Part shown: piece by piece, positions 51,901-58,311 of the stretch | How positions within the stretch are numbered: position 1 is the first letter of the stretch | Layout: every line of letters begins with the position of its first letter | From: an uncultured Gammaproteobacteria bacterium | GTDB lineage: Bacteria; Patescibacteriota; Microgenomatia; UBA8517 | Direction: 5' to 3' | Assembly: GCA_964541395.1 (NCBI GenBank) | Contig: CAZIPM010000003.1 | Coordinates: 24,655 to 84,496, forward strand | DNA length: 59,842 bases | Program-made: the position numbers and the translations under genes | Notes under the pieces: model-generated | Seen by the model: the letters and a program-made list of their open reading frames with translations, nothing else | Told to the model about the DNA's origin: nothing | The model's database searches: none

Positions 51901-52632
51901 ATCAATAATTTTTCCTTCTGTCTCCTTCTGTGAGAATGACAAAACCAAGGCCAAAGTAAAATAATACTTTAAAGAATAAAGGAAGAAGAACGAACCCATT
52001 ACCAATGCCGTTAAGGCAAATGTAATTCCTATTTTATAACCCAGACCACTTCCCGCAGCGTCTCCGTATGCATAACTGCCGATTCCGGCTATTACAATAG
52101 TAGTAAAGAGACTGAGGCTGAATATTGAAAACAATTTGATATAAATATGCCTTTTTTCCGCCGGTATTTTGAAGAAGTCGGAAACTGATACCAGGATTTT
52201 TTCGATAAAGCCGACAACCTGAGTATGTTGACCTGTGGCATATGCCTGTCTTGATTCATAAAGTGAAAGGTTGTGCCTCCTTAAGACGTTCTGTACTCCA
52301 TGATGTCCCACAATTGGCGAGTTTCCTATCTTGGGAAGGTTTTTAACCAGAGTCCTGATGCCCCATTCGGGATGTTGTGAAACCAATGAAAGTATTGATT
52401 CTTCATACTTATCCGGGGTTTGATGCCAATACCTATCAATTATTCTTTCTCTATTAACAAGTTCTGCTTCACCACTAGTCTTTTGTTCTTCTTCCCTCCT
52501 TTTGAGCCACTTATAGATGGTCACCCTACTTACACCATACTTTTTGGCAACTTCAGAGATACTTTGCTTCTGATCTAATACCTCAGAAATCATTAAATTT
52601 CTGGCTTTTGGTGACAGTTCGTTTGGTACCAT
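45925..52632 (-). CDS. Giant 3: fusion of IS481-like HTH module-TM-processive GT2 synthase-TM-ectodomain-VPENP C-terminal sorting signal
   Basis: 2235 aa.
- HTH module at aa 1-130: YGVSRVTIYKWLKRREE ... PEWGIRTLVKNLP ... HGVQNVLRRHNL.
- GT2 at aa 280-535 (nt 51028-51795): CDDSTDE, IFDADF, SITEDFE, RQRMRWAEGH.
- Extra TM pair as in giant 2.
- Asp-box KSTDGGDSW (47575-47601).
- C-terminus TVPENP-LLLLGLYPLF-NKLIKRIKKKKKAVL. Confidence 0.88.
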   Translation of the reverse strand: MVPNELSPKARNLMISEVLDQKQSISEVAKKYGVSRVTIYKWLKRREEEQKTSGEAELVNRERIIDRYWHQTPDKYEESILSLVSQHPEWGIRTLVKNLPKIGNSPIVGHHGVQNVLRRHNLSLYESRQAYATGQHTQVVGFIEKILVSVSDFFKIPAEKRHIYIKLFSIFSLSLFTTIVIAGIGSYAYGDAAGSGLGYKIGITFALTALVMGSFFFLYSLKYYFTLALVLSFSQKETEGKIIDQASGGMLDWLIKKNKTGNETSVGLTADLSHIKLTKKPFISVQIPFYNEKNVVERSIHAAVSFDYPAYEVILCDDSTDETTQIIQTRMKRYLFEGEKMKITKGEGYTLTEVEVKPGVTLKHLHRSSRSGYKGGALNLALKLSDPRTEKVSIFDADFVPYPDSLTLFLKYFQAQNDPRAAAVQGYQWHVLNKSENWITRGVRSEYAGSYVIERSGAEIYGGLKQISGSVYMIKKDVLEELGWGTSITEDFELTLRLYDAGYKVIYTPYIQAPAECASTLKRLIRQRMRWAEGHSFNVRKMFSKLLTNPNLSKAEKFEFVYLTPYYLQALFFMVGTLSWLISETIFKVRLPFWTELWGWSLVLTNMISLPLLNSVGLFLEESDERDYLGLGSFMALSYIIVPFQAYAAVKGFIEKEEGPWFRTPKTGRITDIFARGRFYRFISGILPVKPIGSNGELKEDYKYLALTTANSKFDSFKIMPKKYSLIGNFVVIISVLSSILLSYLGSTIKTGSIADLPIQTRVERVGDEGNFTASLLNLFSPTEVLASADKVQKIVVSGVKQVSMETLKVSLALVVIFTLSALIFLARRNKRTFKRAIKLVVVSCLIASWLLSGYPVFWNKPRFPPKIEEAKATISAVTVRGFADTNDASGTTVAVSPDANITVGKIAFVATASDNNQTADGASTLHSISDTDGHTWTRIAEYTETDGAADDGSTVGLFATKVTTQIDTTDSITLTLGTAKVDKIISVFEATFGNGTGWAIEQVGVGQAAISASVSSLPSREYLLIGAAASEGEDAAKAADADYTERIDTITSTTGALDINIATHVQTRIATLTSDTVTSTGWTNTNPITILAAIYEPTAALTGTVTASIAESDIVTGGKTVILTLTGTTWVASGSTFDNQRDEIRSGLDSAQSEGTGWDTIVKNNISVANVARTSDTVVTITLDAFASYNITAQETITATIPATALVGASQIVATPTFTVSTNALAFTNQSGDINTGTDSKTYESSAWTPPTSGMVIVFVLAHAPTSKRPPVPTVTNTQNITYTLIDEVYLDRERLFLYAAAASGSQNGTVTFDFGNFTQAGLAASFFSVSGVDLTNGVSGAFVQLARATGTAATSGSIPFASAQDSNNRPISAFAHPVNEATTFRTNWTELDDLATSNPGKALETQYRGDAFETTGSASWSPTSANWIGLGAEIRMNGTSTPTFSQTAFRIRADDSKALSANADADWANTLNSNASINPDYDFRIRLEVERPSGGALASGFELWYSRNDGDYRRGPDNATPWAAGSTSGQWGAQVIPSAQFVDGAATTNLLSQSAATFIAGTGSEDYQAASVSFTDPSHTEYEFPVLMRKLYEEQGHNADGTTYKFRLRRSGGGILTTYSQTPTVTISNRVGHIGGSVMETPMRYFAVDGNKNLYYLSEYTDIQTGSGSNSPAMMKSTDGGDSWNPVGVSTASQEFDLEAADMDLRGNTLYITMQGPNNSDSANYYEFNVSTHATTPDTWAVNDQLIEDVSPGAQQAAIVRRGDGTTIAVYRGALSGSNEQLWYSIRSSGGTWAAPIRLDSTASTDTLAAAVIRDSTDRIHIVYTAMASSKLNIYVKTLTTGDVLNGRVLINGPSTANMSTSSDYADLTPLINWTDGATERVGVSYRDIDDNKLYISTWAIGDTPSPSETVVSDAAIQFQEGQNGEPIADIAADDATDKLHALFANSTDADDIYYDTRVSGSWTTDVQEKDPTNGADWLRAQLFTHSAGNGSAKVVGYVWDDGSAGATGFARYDEKVVTYYDLSTYRFFYNNNSTDVGAVLANQDTAAGMTSDGQVIRMRLQLHIGGSQLASSGDNFKIQIASKVGGTCDTNMGTTDESYSDLSPSSGNIRYFDNNGGGVTDGAALTNNTNDPTHGHTNRNQTYEEANNFTNSQAIIGAGEDGKWDFTIEDNAAADNTTYCLRVVRSDNSVLETYTVVPEFTTVPENPLLLLGLYPLFNKLIKRIKKKKKAVL
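45928..46020 (-). other. C-terminal tripartite sorting signal of giant 3
   Basis: VPEFTTVPENP LLLLGLYPLF NKLIKRIKKKKKAVL, read from the translation. Confidence 0.6.
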
Positions 52633-52646
52633 GGCAGTCTTAATAT

Positions 52647-52675
52647 ATCGTGCTTAAAATGAGTGTAAATGTCAA
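52647..52675 (-). promoter_or_regulatory. Candidate promoter of giant 3
   Basis: Minus strand: TTGACA (52670-52675), 17 nt, CACGAT (52647-52652), 14 nt, ATG (52632). The -10 is weak. A better TATATT lies 5 nt closer to the ATG, but its spacer is 22 nt. Confidence 0.3.
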
Positions 52676-52886
52676 GTGGGTAACGGCCTTTTGTGGCCAT
52701 TTCCATGAAATTTATATAAAATGACATATTAAGAATATTCACACCTATAGGACATCCACAGGAGAACTACTTTGCTGTTGATACGGGTTCTGCTGTCATT
52801 TGAGTTAATTATCAATGACGAATAAATAATGCAAACCTTTTTTAAAATTTGAATAATTTAACAATTACGAGTAAAAAATAATGAAG

Positions 52887-54218
52887 CTACTTGATCTTGT
52901 AGAGTATATCCCCATTTTTTTCCCAGACTTTGTCTCCCAATTTGCTCCATTTAAAGGAATTTCTGAAGTCATGGTAGTACTCCCAAGAAGTATTGGTATG
53001 CACCAGCATATATTCGATGCCTGTTTTGTCTAACCAGATCTTTGTTTCCGTCAGACCGGATCCTTCCCTAAATTCATAGGCAGCTTTATCCCATATCGGA
53101 TCTAATGCCACCTGATCTCTACCTCCCCTTAATTGTTTTATATCAAAATAACTATTAGCCCAAAACACGCTAGAACCTGAAAGGAATACTTTCCTGTCAC
53201 CAACCACCTGATAAACGGAGGATAATGTATCTTTTAGATTGTAATCGTTTGAGTACAAAAAGCTGAGCCTGTAGACCGTATAAATTGGAAGAACAAATAA
53301 TGATAAGAACTTTTTGTTTACCAGAAAAAGAAGTAACAGTGCTATTTCCAATTCATAAAAATAAATACTCCAATCCATAAAAAAGTCCATATCACCCACA
53401 AACCGGAATAAAGTTAAAAACAGAAAACTGAAAACCCAGGTATAAGTAAATTTTTCCAAGTTGGTTAAGATTTTTTTCTGCCATAATACGGCAACAATAG
53501 CCAAGGCTACCGGTAAACCTTCCCTGACGTAAGACAGAAGCCTCAGAATCGCTTTCAGACCTGATGTACCCCCTACTGAGGGGTTGGTTAGGATGGCAAT
53601 CCAATATCCTGGGGTATACCAAATTGTGACAAATGCTAAAGAATATAAAACCAGGCTAAGATAACTTTTCAGATATTTAAATTTCTCTGCGGCGGAAACC
53701 GCCAAAAGACCTATCAAAACAAACGGCAACACTGATGTATTGATTAAAAGTAGCATGGATAACAAAGTGAAGGACAGGTATTTTTTCTTCAGGTAAAATA
53801 CCCAGAAAACAAAAGGAATTAGGTTTCTGGCAATCACCAAAGTTGCCTCCCCGTAAGTTAAGGCGTAAAACATCCTCCAGGGAAGTAAAATTGCAATTAT
53901 GATAAATAAAACTTTAGTTACTTTTTTGATATTCGGATTTAATGAAACAACCAAATAGTACCAGCCTATAACAGAAAGCAAAAAACTTAATACTATTAAA
54001 CAGATCGTAATATTAATAAACGATACATCTCCCAATAGATATTTTATTAGAACCTCAACCACAGGCACAATCGGTCCAATAAAGAATTTAAAGGGTGTTG
54101 TTCCGTTATACCAATACGGGTAATTGGAGATAAATGCAGAGATACCGTTCTCATATAGATAACGTGTCAGTGCTGCTGTCACCGGAATGAATGAAGTTTG
54201 ACTTAAAAATGTTTCCAA
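52887..54218 (-). CDS. Polytopic membrane protein (hypothetical; possibly GT-C-like) with a soluble C-terminal domain
   Basis: 443 aa. It has a TTG start and no nearby in-frame ATG. The motif NYPYWYNGTTPFKFFIGPIVPVV is reminiscent of the PFWYP..GGG proteins at the left end. It has about 10 hydrophobic segments. Confidence 0.65.
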   Translation of the reverse strand: METFLSQTSFIPVTAALTRYLYENGISAFISNYPYWYNGTTPFKFFIGPIVPVVEVLIKYLLGDVSFINITICLIVLSFLLSVIGWYYLVVSLNPNIKKVTKVLFIIIAILLPWRMFYALTYGEATLVIARNLIPFVFWVFYLKKKYLSFTLLSMLLLINTSVLPFVLIGLLAVSAAEKFKYLKSYLSLVLYSLAFVTIWYTPGYWIAILTNPSVGGTSGLKAILRLLSYVREGLPVALAIVAVLWQKKILTNLEKFTYTWVFSFLFLTLFRFVGDMDFFMDWSIYFYELEIALLLLFLVNKKFLSLFVLPIYTVYRLSFLYSNDYNLKDTLSSVYQVVGDRKVFLSGSSVFWANSYFDIKQLRGGRDQVALDPIWDKAAYEFREGSGLTETKIWLDKTGIEYMLVHTNTSWEYYHDFRNSFKWSKLGDKVWEKNGDILYKIK

Positions 54219-54260
54219 AATAACTAATTCCTTTCTGGAATATGAAAATCCATGATGGAT

Positions 54261-55091
54261 TTAGAATACCAAGAACAGGGAGAATAGTATAGCCATTATG
54301 CCTATACCCATACCGGCTACTACCGGTAACGAAACACCTGTTTCTGGGATTGGTGGATTTGTAGGTGCAGTTGTCGCTCCTGCAGTTGTAGACGTTGCAG
54401 TTGCGGTTGTTTTAATGGTTGATGTAGAGGTTGCAGTTGCTTTTGCGGTAGACGTTCCCTTTGATGTCGCCGTGGCGGTTGCCTTTGAAGTTGAGGTTGC
54501 GGTTGCTGTGGCCTTTGATGTCGCGGTGGCGGTTGGACCTGTTCCCGATCCACCCGTTACCGTAACACTTGCCCCGGTCTTATTGACCACCACGTTAACA
54601 CCTTCTTGTGTGGCTGCTGCAGATGTTTCAGGACCAAATGCAAATTGGTATTGTCCATTGCCAGAAGTGGAGACTATATTCCCGGTAATGGTCAGGATAT
54701 TAACACTTCCGTTTATTGCGGTAGTTTTGTCTAAGTTAAGTACAGCATAACGTATCTTACCGCCTGTATTGTCCACCTGACTGGTAATGACGGTTGTGAA
54801 ATTAGCCAAAGATGATGTGGGTTGAATTTTACTAATCTGAAAAACAGCAGGATTAAAGGTCAGGTCCAGATCAACTGCTGTGACATAATTTGCCCCAGTG
54901 TCCATTTTTACATTCAAAGTGAATGGTTGACCGGCTTGAATACTCTGGGTTCCGGGGATTAACGATAAGTTGGTGGCAGGAGCAGCTCTCTCCCTAAGTT
55001 CCTGATTTCTTTGAACCAATAATATCCCTGCAATCATGCCTGCAGCCAAGACGACAACTCCTATAATTGAAAAAAGCAGTTTCTTATTCAT
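54261..55091 (-). CDS. Surface protein: signal anchor, cohesin-like beta-sandwich, Thr/Ala/Ser-rich linker, IPETG-type C-terminal sorting signal
   Basis: 276 aa. Cohesin-like region: LSLIPGTQSIQAGQPFTLNVKMDTGANYVTAVDLDLTFNPAVFQIS...IRYAVLNL. Linker at aa 186-243: (T/A/S/K)n. C-terminus: PIPETG-VSLPVVAGMGIGIMAILFSLFLVF. Confidence 0.75.
   Translation of the reverse strand: MNKKLLFSIIGVVVLAAGMIAGILLVQRNQELRERAAPATNLSLIPGTQSIQAGQPFTLNVKMDTGANYVTAVDLDLTFNPAVFQISKIQPTSSLANFTTVITSQVDNTGGKIRYAVLNLDKTTAINGSVNILTITGNIVSTSGNGQYQFAFGPETSAAATQEGVNVVVNKTGASVTVTGGSGTGPTATATSKATATATSTSKATATATSKGTSTAKATATSTSTIKTTATATSTTAGATTAPTNPPIPETGVSLPVVAGMGIGIMAILFSLFLVF
54363..54536 (-). repeat. Low-complexity coding repeat (TATATSK-like units) forming the linker of the cohesin-like protein
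   Basis: PTATATSKATATATSTSKATATATSKGTSTAKATATSTSTIKTTATATSTTAGATT. At the DNA level this is reiterated gcngtngc-type triplets, which also create spurious ORFs in other frames. Confidence 0.8.
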
Positions 55092-55236
55092 TTAATTTAA
55101 ATACAACTCAAAAGTTCCTTTATTTACTATAACAAATTTAAAAATACAATAGTATATATAAACTTGCTATAAACAACTTTATACCAACCATACTTCATCT
55201 GTGAATAGCTATTTTAGCCTCAGGAGAAACACTTTT

Positions 55237-55416
55237 TTAAGATGAGCTCAATTGAGGATCAAATTGGGAGTCTTCCGCTTGGGTTACCTTCTCAGGATTC
55301 ATGTCACTATCCATTTCCTGCATCTCAATTTCGCGTGAATTAGGCGGAAAAATATAGAGGGTGGTCATAACCCCTATTATATAACCCAAAGTAATTAGTG
55401 AAAAAAACAAAATCAT
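55237..55416 (-). CDS. Possible small single-TM protein (59 aa), below the ORF-track cutoff
   Basis: Hand translation: MILFFSLITLGYIIGVMTTLYIFPPNSREIEMQEMDSDMNPEKVTQAEDSQFDPQLSSS, ending at TAA (55237-55239). There is no other support. Confidence 0.3.
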   Translation of the reverse strand: MILFFSLITLGYIIGVMTTLYIFPPNSREIEMQEMDSDMNPEKVTQAEDSQFDPQLSSS

Positions 55417-55470
55417 ATTGTCACTTTGGGCAGGACAAGTAATTTCTTTATACTCTGTGAAGTACTGTTG

Positions 55471-55728
55471 TCAATTACAAAAAGGGCAAAATGCTTGATT
55501 GTATTTAGGAGAAAATAAGGCCAAAAAAGCTGTATGAATATTATTAATCAAAAGTCCAATACATAAAAGTATTAGAGGAAGTCCAATAATTATATCAATT
55601 GGACTTTTTTTAGACTGAAATACCAAATACCCTACTCCTCCTAAAGCGATCCAGATTAGGCTTAAAATTAAATTTTTAAAAAGCAGAAACAAAAAAGTTA
55701 AAAAATAGTGAAACAAATTGTGTTTCAT
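55471..55728 (-). CDS. Small membrane protein (85 aa, 2-3 TM)
   Basis: The track ORF starts at TTG (55758) inside the upstream gene. The ATG at 55728 gives MKHNLFHYFLTFLFLLFKNLILSLIWIALGG... and avoids the overlap. Confidence 0.45.
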   Translation of the reverse strand: MKHNLFHYFLTFLFLLFKNLILSLIWIALGGVGYLVFQSKKSPIDIIIGLPLILLCIGLLINNIHTAFLALFSPKYNQAFCPFCN

Positions 55729-55741
55729 ATTGTTGTTTAAG

Positions 55742-57106
55742 TTATAAATCAAGCTCAAAAATAATCGCCGAATTGGGAGTCATGTAGATAGTACTTTCCC
55801 AGGTGTTATCGGGTAAATTAAGATCGGTTGTAGATGTAGATCCCAAAAAATCATACCTGGTTAATTTTCCGCTACTTCCGGGTAAATTAGTCAGCTTTAC
55901 CGGAACCGATTCGTTATGACGTCCCGAATGGTCATAATTGACCAAAAGAAGTTGAATTTTGCTATCCTTCCTTTTGGCCACGGCCTTGACCCAGGAACCA
56001 TTTCCCTCGACAGTTAAATTTTGTGAATCAGAAAGTTTGTTTAAAAATTGTAAAGCCCTGTAGCGAGGTTTTTCCTCGGGAGTTCCATATTTCTCATGGG
56101 TCATCATCCCCCACCTGCCCCAGTTTTTGGAGTCGCCGGGACCGTCTTTGATTTCAAAAGTAAACAATTTATCTACATACCCTTCCATTAATGCGGTAGT
56201 TGCAATTGTATGAAATGCAGAAAAGCTAGAGTCATAGACAGTGTCATTTTCATTGTTTGGTCCTATCTCGGAAATAATAAGTTCATATCCCTGATATCTT
56301 TGAGCATTCTCAAGATCTGCTTCATAATCTGACAACTTCTTGGAGTATTTATGCCAACTTAAAAAATCCAATCTGACGTTTTGAGTTTGACTGTATTCCA
56401 AAAGTTTATTCAACCAATTCTCGTAAAACCCTGTTGTAGCCGGTCCTCCTATTTTAAATTCATTAACATTCCTTGCTTTTTCTGCTGCTAATACGCTTTG
56501 AGTATAGAGAGTTAAATAATCCTTTTTACCCCTTATCTTAAAATCTCCGAATAAATCCGGTTCATTCCAAACTTCATAGTAAACATCTTTGATGTTAAAT
56601 CCATTTCTTCCGCTTAGATGTTCAACCGTTGTAGTCACTGTTTTTTGCCAATCGTTCCAATCCAAGGGATAGTCTGTAACATTTCCTGAAGAAATAACTG
56701 GTGGCATATATGATAAAGATATAAACGGTTTTGCACCTGTTTTGATGATGTCCGAAATGGTTTGATCCAGATTAACCCAGTTAAATATAAGGTTACCGCT
56801 ACCGTCTTTACTGACCAGATCATATGAGTCGAAGACGTGGTCTAGACGAATATACTTGGGTTTTAAAACGGATATTTTATCTGTGACTGAAGACAACATT
56901 CTTCCTTTCTCTTCTCCTCCCTGTGCCAAATTGTGCCAGGAATCTGTTTTTTGTATAACACTAATATTGTTTAGATCAACTACTATACTGGCGTTAGTAC
57001 CAAAGGCTTTTTGAAAAAATTCGGTTTTTTGACTAATGAGAAAAATTCCGACAGGTAAGGCAAAAACCAAAACAACTAATGACAATATATTTTTAAACTT
57101 CTTCAC
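55742..57106 (-). CDS. Secreted or anchored glycoside hydrolase, clan GH-A (GH39/GH5-like)
   Basis: 454 aa with a GTG start. N-terminal anchor: ILSLVVLVFALPVGIFLI. YYEVWNEPDLF is the acid/base Glu motif of clan GH-A. LIISEIGPNN is a candidate nucleophile Glu. Confidence 0.7.
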   Translation of the reverse strand: MKKFKNILSLVVLVFALPVGIFLISQKTEFFQKAFGTNASIVVDLNNISVIQKTDSWHNLAQGGEEKGRMLSSVTDKISVLKPKYIRLDHVFDSYDLVSKDGSGNLIFNWVNLDQTISDIIKTGAKPFISLSYMPPVISSGNVTDYPLDWNDWQKTVTTTVEHLSGRNGFNIKDVYYEVWNEPDLFGDFKIRGKKDYLTLYTQSVLAAEKARNVNEFKIGGPATTGFYENWLNKLLEYSQTQNVRLDFLSWHKYSKKLSDYEADLENAQRYQGYELIISEIGPNNENDTVYDSSFSAFHTIATTALMEGYVDKLFTFEIKDGPGDSKNWGRWGMMTHEKYGTPEEKPRYRALQFLNKLSDSQNLTVEGNGSWVKAVAKRKDSKIQLLLVNYDHSGRHNESVPVKLTNLPGSSGKLTRYDFLGSTSTTDLNLPDNTWESTIYMTPNSAIIFELDL

Positions 57107-57110
57107 AGAA

Positions 57111-58193
57111 CTATCTTAACACAGACAATGGATTGAATTTAACACCGTTTTTGGAAACTTCAAAATGTAGATGCGTTCCTGTAGACCTTCCTGTTGATCC
57201 CATCTTTCCTAATCCGGTACCTCTTGAAACTGACTGTCCAACTGATACATAAAGTGTGGACATGTGAGCATAAAGTGTTGTGTAACCATTACCATGGTCT
57301 AAAATAACATGACATCCATATCCCCAAGACAAACAGCCTGCATAAATGACTTTACCGGAGTCGGCTGCTAAAACATTGGGGGTTGCACGGTTGGCGATAT
57401 CGAGACCGGGATGATACCAAACAAAGTTTTGGGAGATTGTTCCGCTTGCAGGCCAGACAAAATTACCTGATGCAACAACCGATCCTGCATCCGGAGTAAT
57501 TCTTTGTATTCTGGGTGAAATAATCGTAGCTGAAGGTTTTGCACCTTCAGGAACTACAACATTTTGACCAATAGCCAATTCAAAAGTTTCATCATTTGAA
57601 AATGTATTAAAAGGAAAATCGACGATTGACTGGGCGTTACTGTCGTATTTTTTAGCTATAGAATAGACTGTGTCCCCCTTTTGAACTTTGTGAGCGATTC
57701 CTGTAACAGGAAGTATTTCTAAAGTCTGACCGTCTTTTATTTTGTCCCCAGTAATATTATTTTGCCACTTAACGGTTTCTGTTGAAACTCCAAATTTTTT
57801 GGCAACTCCCGCTATGGTATCTCCTTCTTCAACTTTATACTCAATAATTTTATCTCTGACTTTATCTGATATTAAAGTATCAAATTCAGGTGAAGTAGTG
57901 GTTGCTGAGAGTACTTCCGTACTACTTTCTATTTCCCAGGGGTTAACCGATCTTCCGGGAAATTCCTGAGCAATAACAGGGGCAATCATCATCCCTAAGC
58001 CGGTTAATCCTGCCATTCCTGTGTGGATTAATTGTCTGGCTTTTCTTCCCCTTTGTTTATAAAGTGCAGAAACAAAAACTCCTTTACCTTCTTCAAAACG
58101 GACAAAGGAAAGATGCAGTTTTTTGGTTATAAATATACCTAACTCTGTTAAAAACAGTTTAAATTCACTTACAAAATTTAAAATTTCTTCCAT
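57111..58193 (-). CDS. LysM-domain M23 family metallopeptidase
   Basis: 360 aa. Two LysM domains: YKVEEGDTIAGVAKKFGVSTETVKWQNNI and HKVQKGDTVYSIAKKYDSNAQSIVDFP. M23 motifs: HPGLDIA, GYGCHVILDHGNGYTTLYAHMS, GSTGRSTGTHLHFEV. Confidence 0.9.
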   Translation of the reverse strand: MEEILNFVSEFKLFLTELGIFITKKLHLSFVRFEEGKGVFVSALYKQRGRKARQLIHTGMAGLTGLGMMIAPVIAQEFPGRSVNPWEIESSTEVLSATTTSPEFDTLISDKVRDKIIEYKVEEGDTIAGVAKKFGVSTETVKWQNNITGDKIKDGQTLEILPVTGIAHKVQKGDTVYSIAKKYDSNAQSIVDFPFNTFSNDETFELAIGQNVVVPEGAKPSATIISPRIQRITPDAGSVVASGNFVWPASGTISQNFVWYHPGLDIANRATPNVLAADSGKVIYAGCLSWGYGCHVILDHGNGYTTLYAHMSTLYVSVGQSVSRGTGLGKMGSTGRSTGTHLHFEVSKNGVKFNPLSVLR

Positions 58194-58311
58194 ATATTAT
58201 GCGGTAAGCATAGAGCACTTAACTTCACAGTCTCAAACGATACCATATGAAGTTTAGTTAGGCAAATTTAAGTTATGGGTAAATAATTTGTCCACAAAAG
58301 ACAGGCCTAGA

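Noticed and set aside
52683-52697. GGCCTTTTGTGGCC upstream of giant 3, considered as a terminator or operator hairpin.
   Set aside because: The arms are only 4 bp and no T-run follows. It is indistinguishable from chance.
54298-54750. 150-aa plus-strand ORF and 77-aa minus-strand ORF (54320-54553) overlapping the cohesin-like gene.
   Set aside because: Both arise from the reiterated GCN/ACN triplets of the Thr/Ala linker. Their translations are low-complexity (VAVAV..., QPQPQLQ...). The cohesin-like frame has a signal anchor, a domain and a sorting motif.
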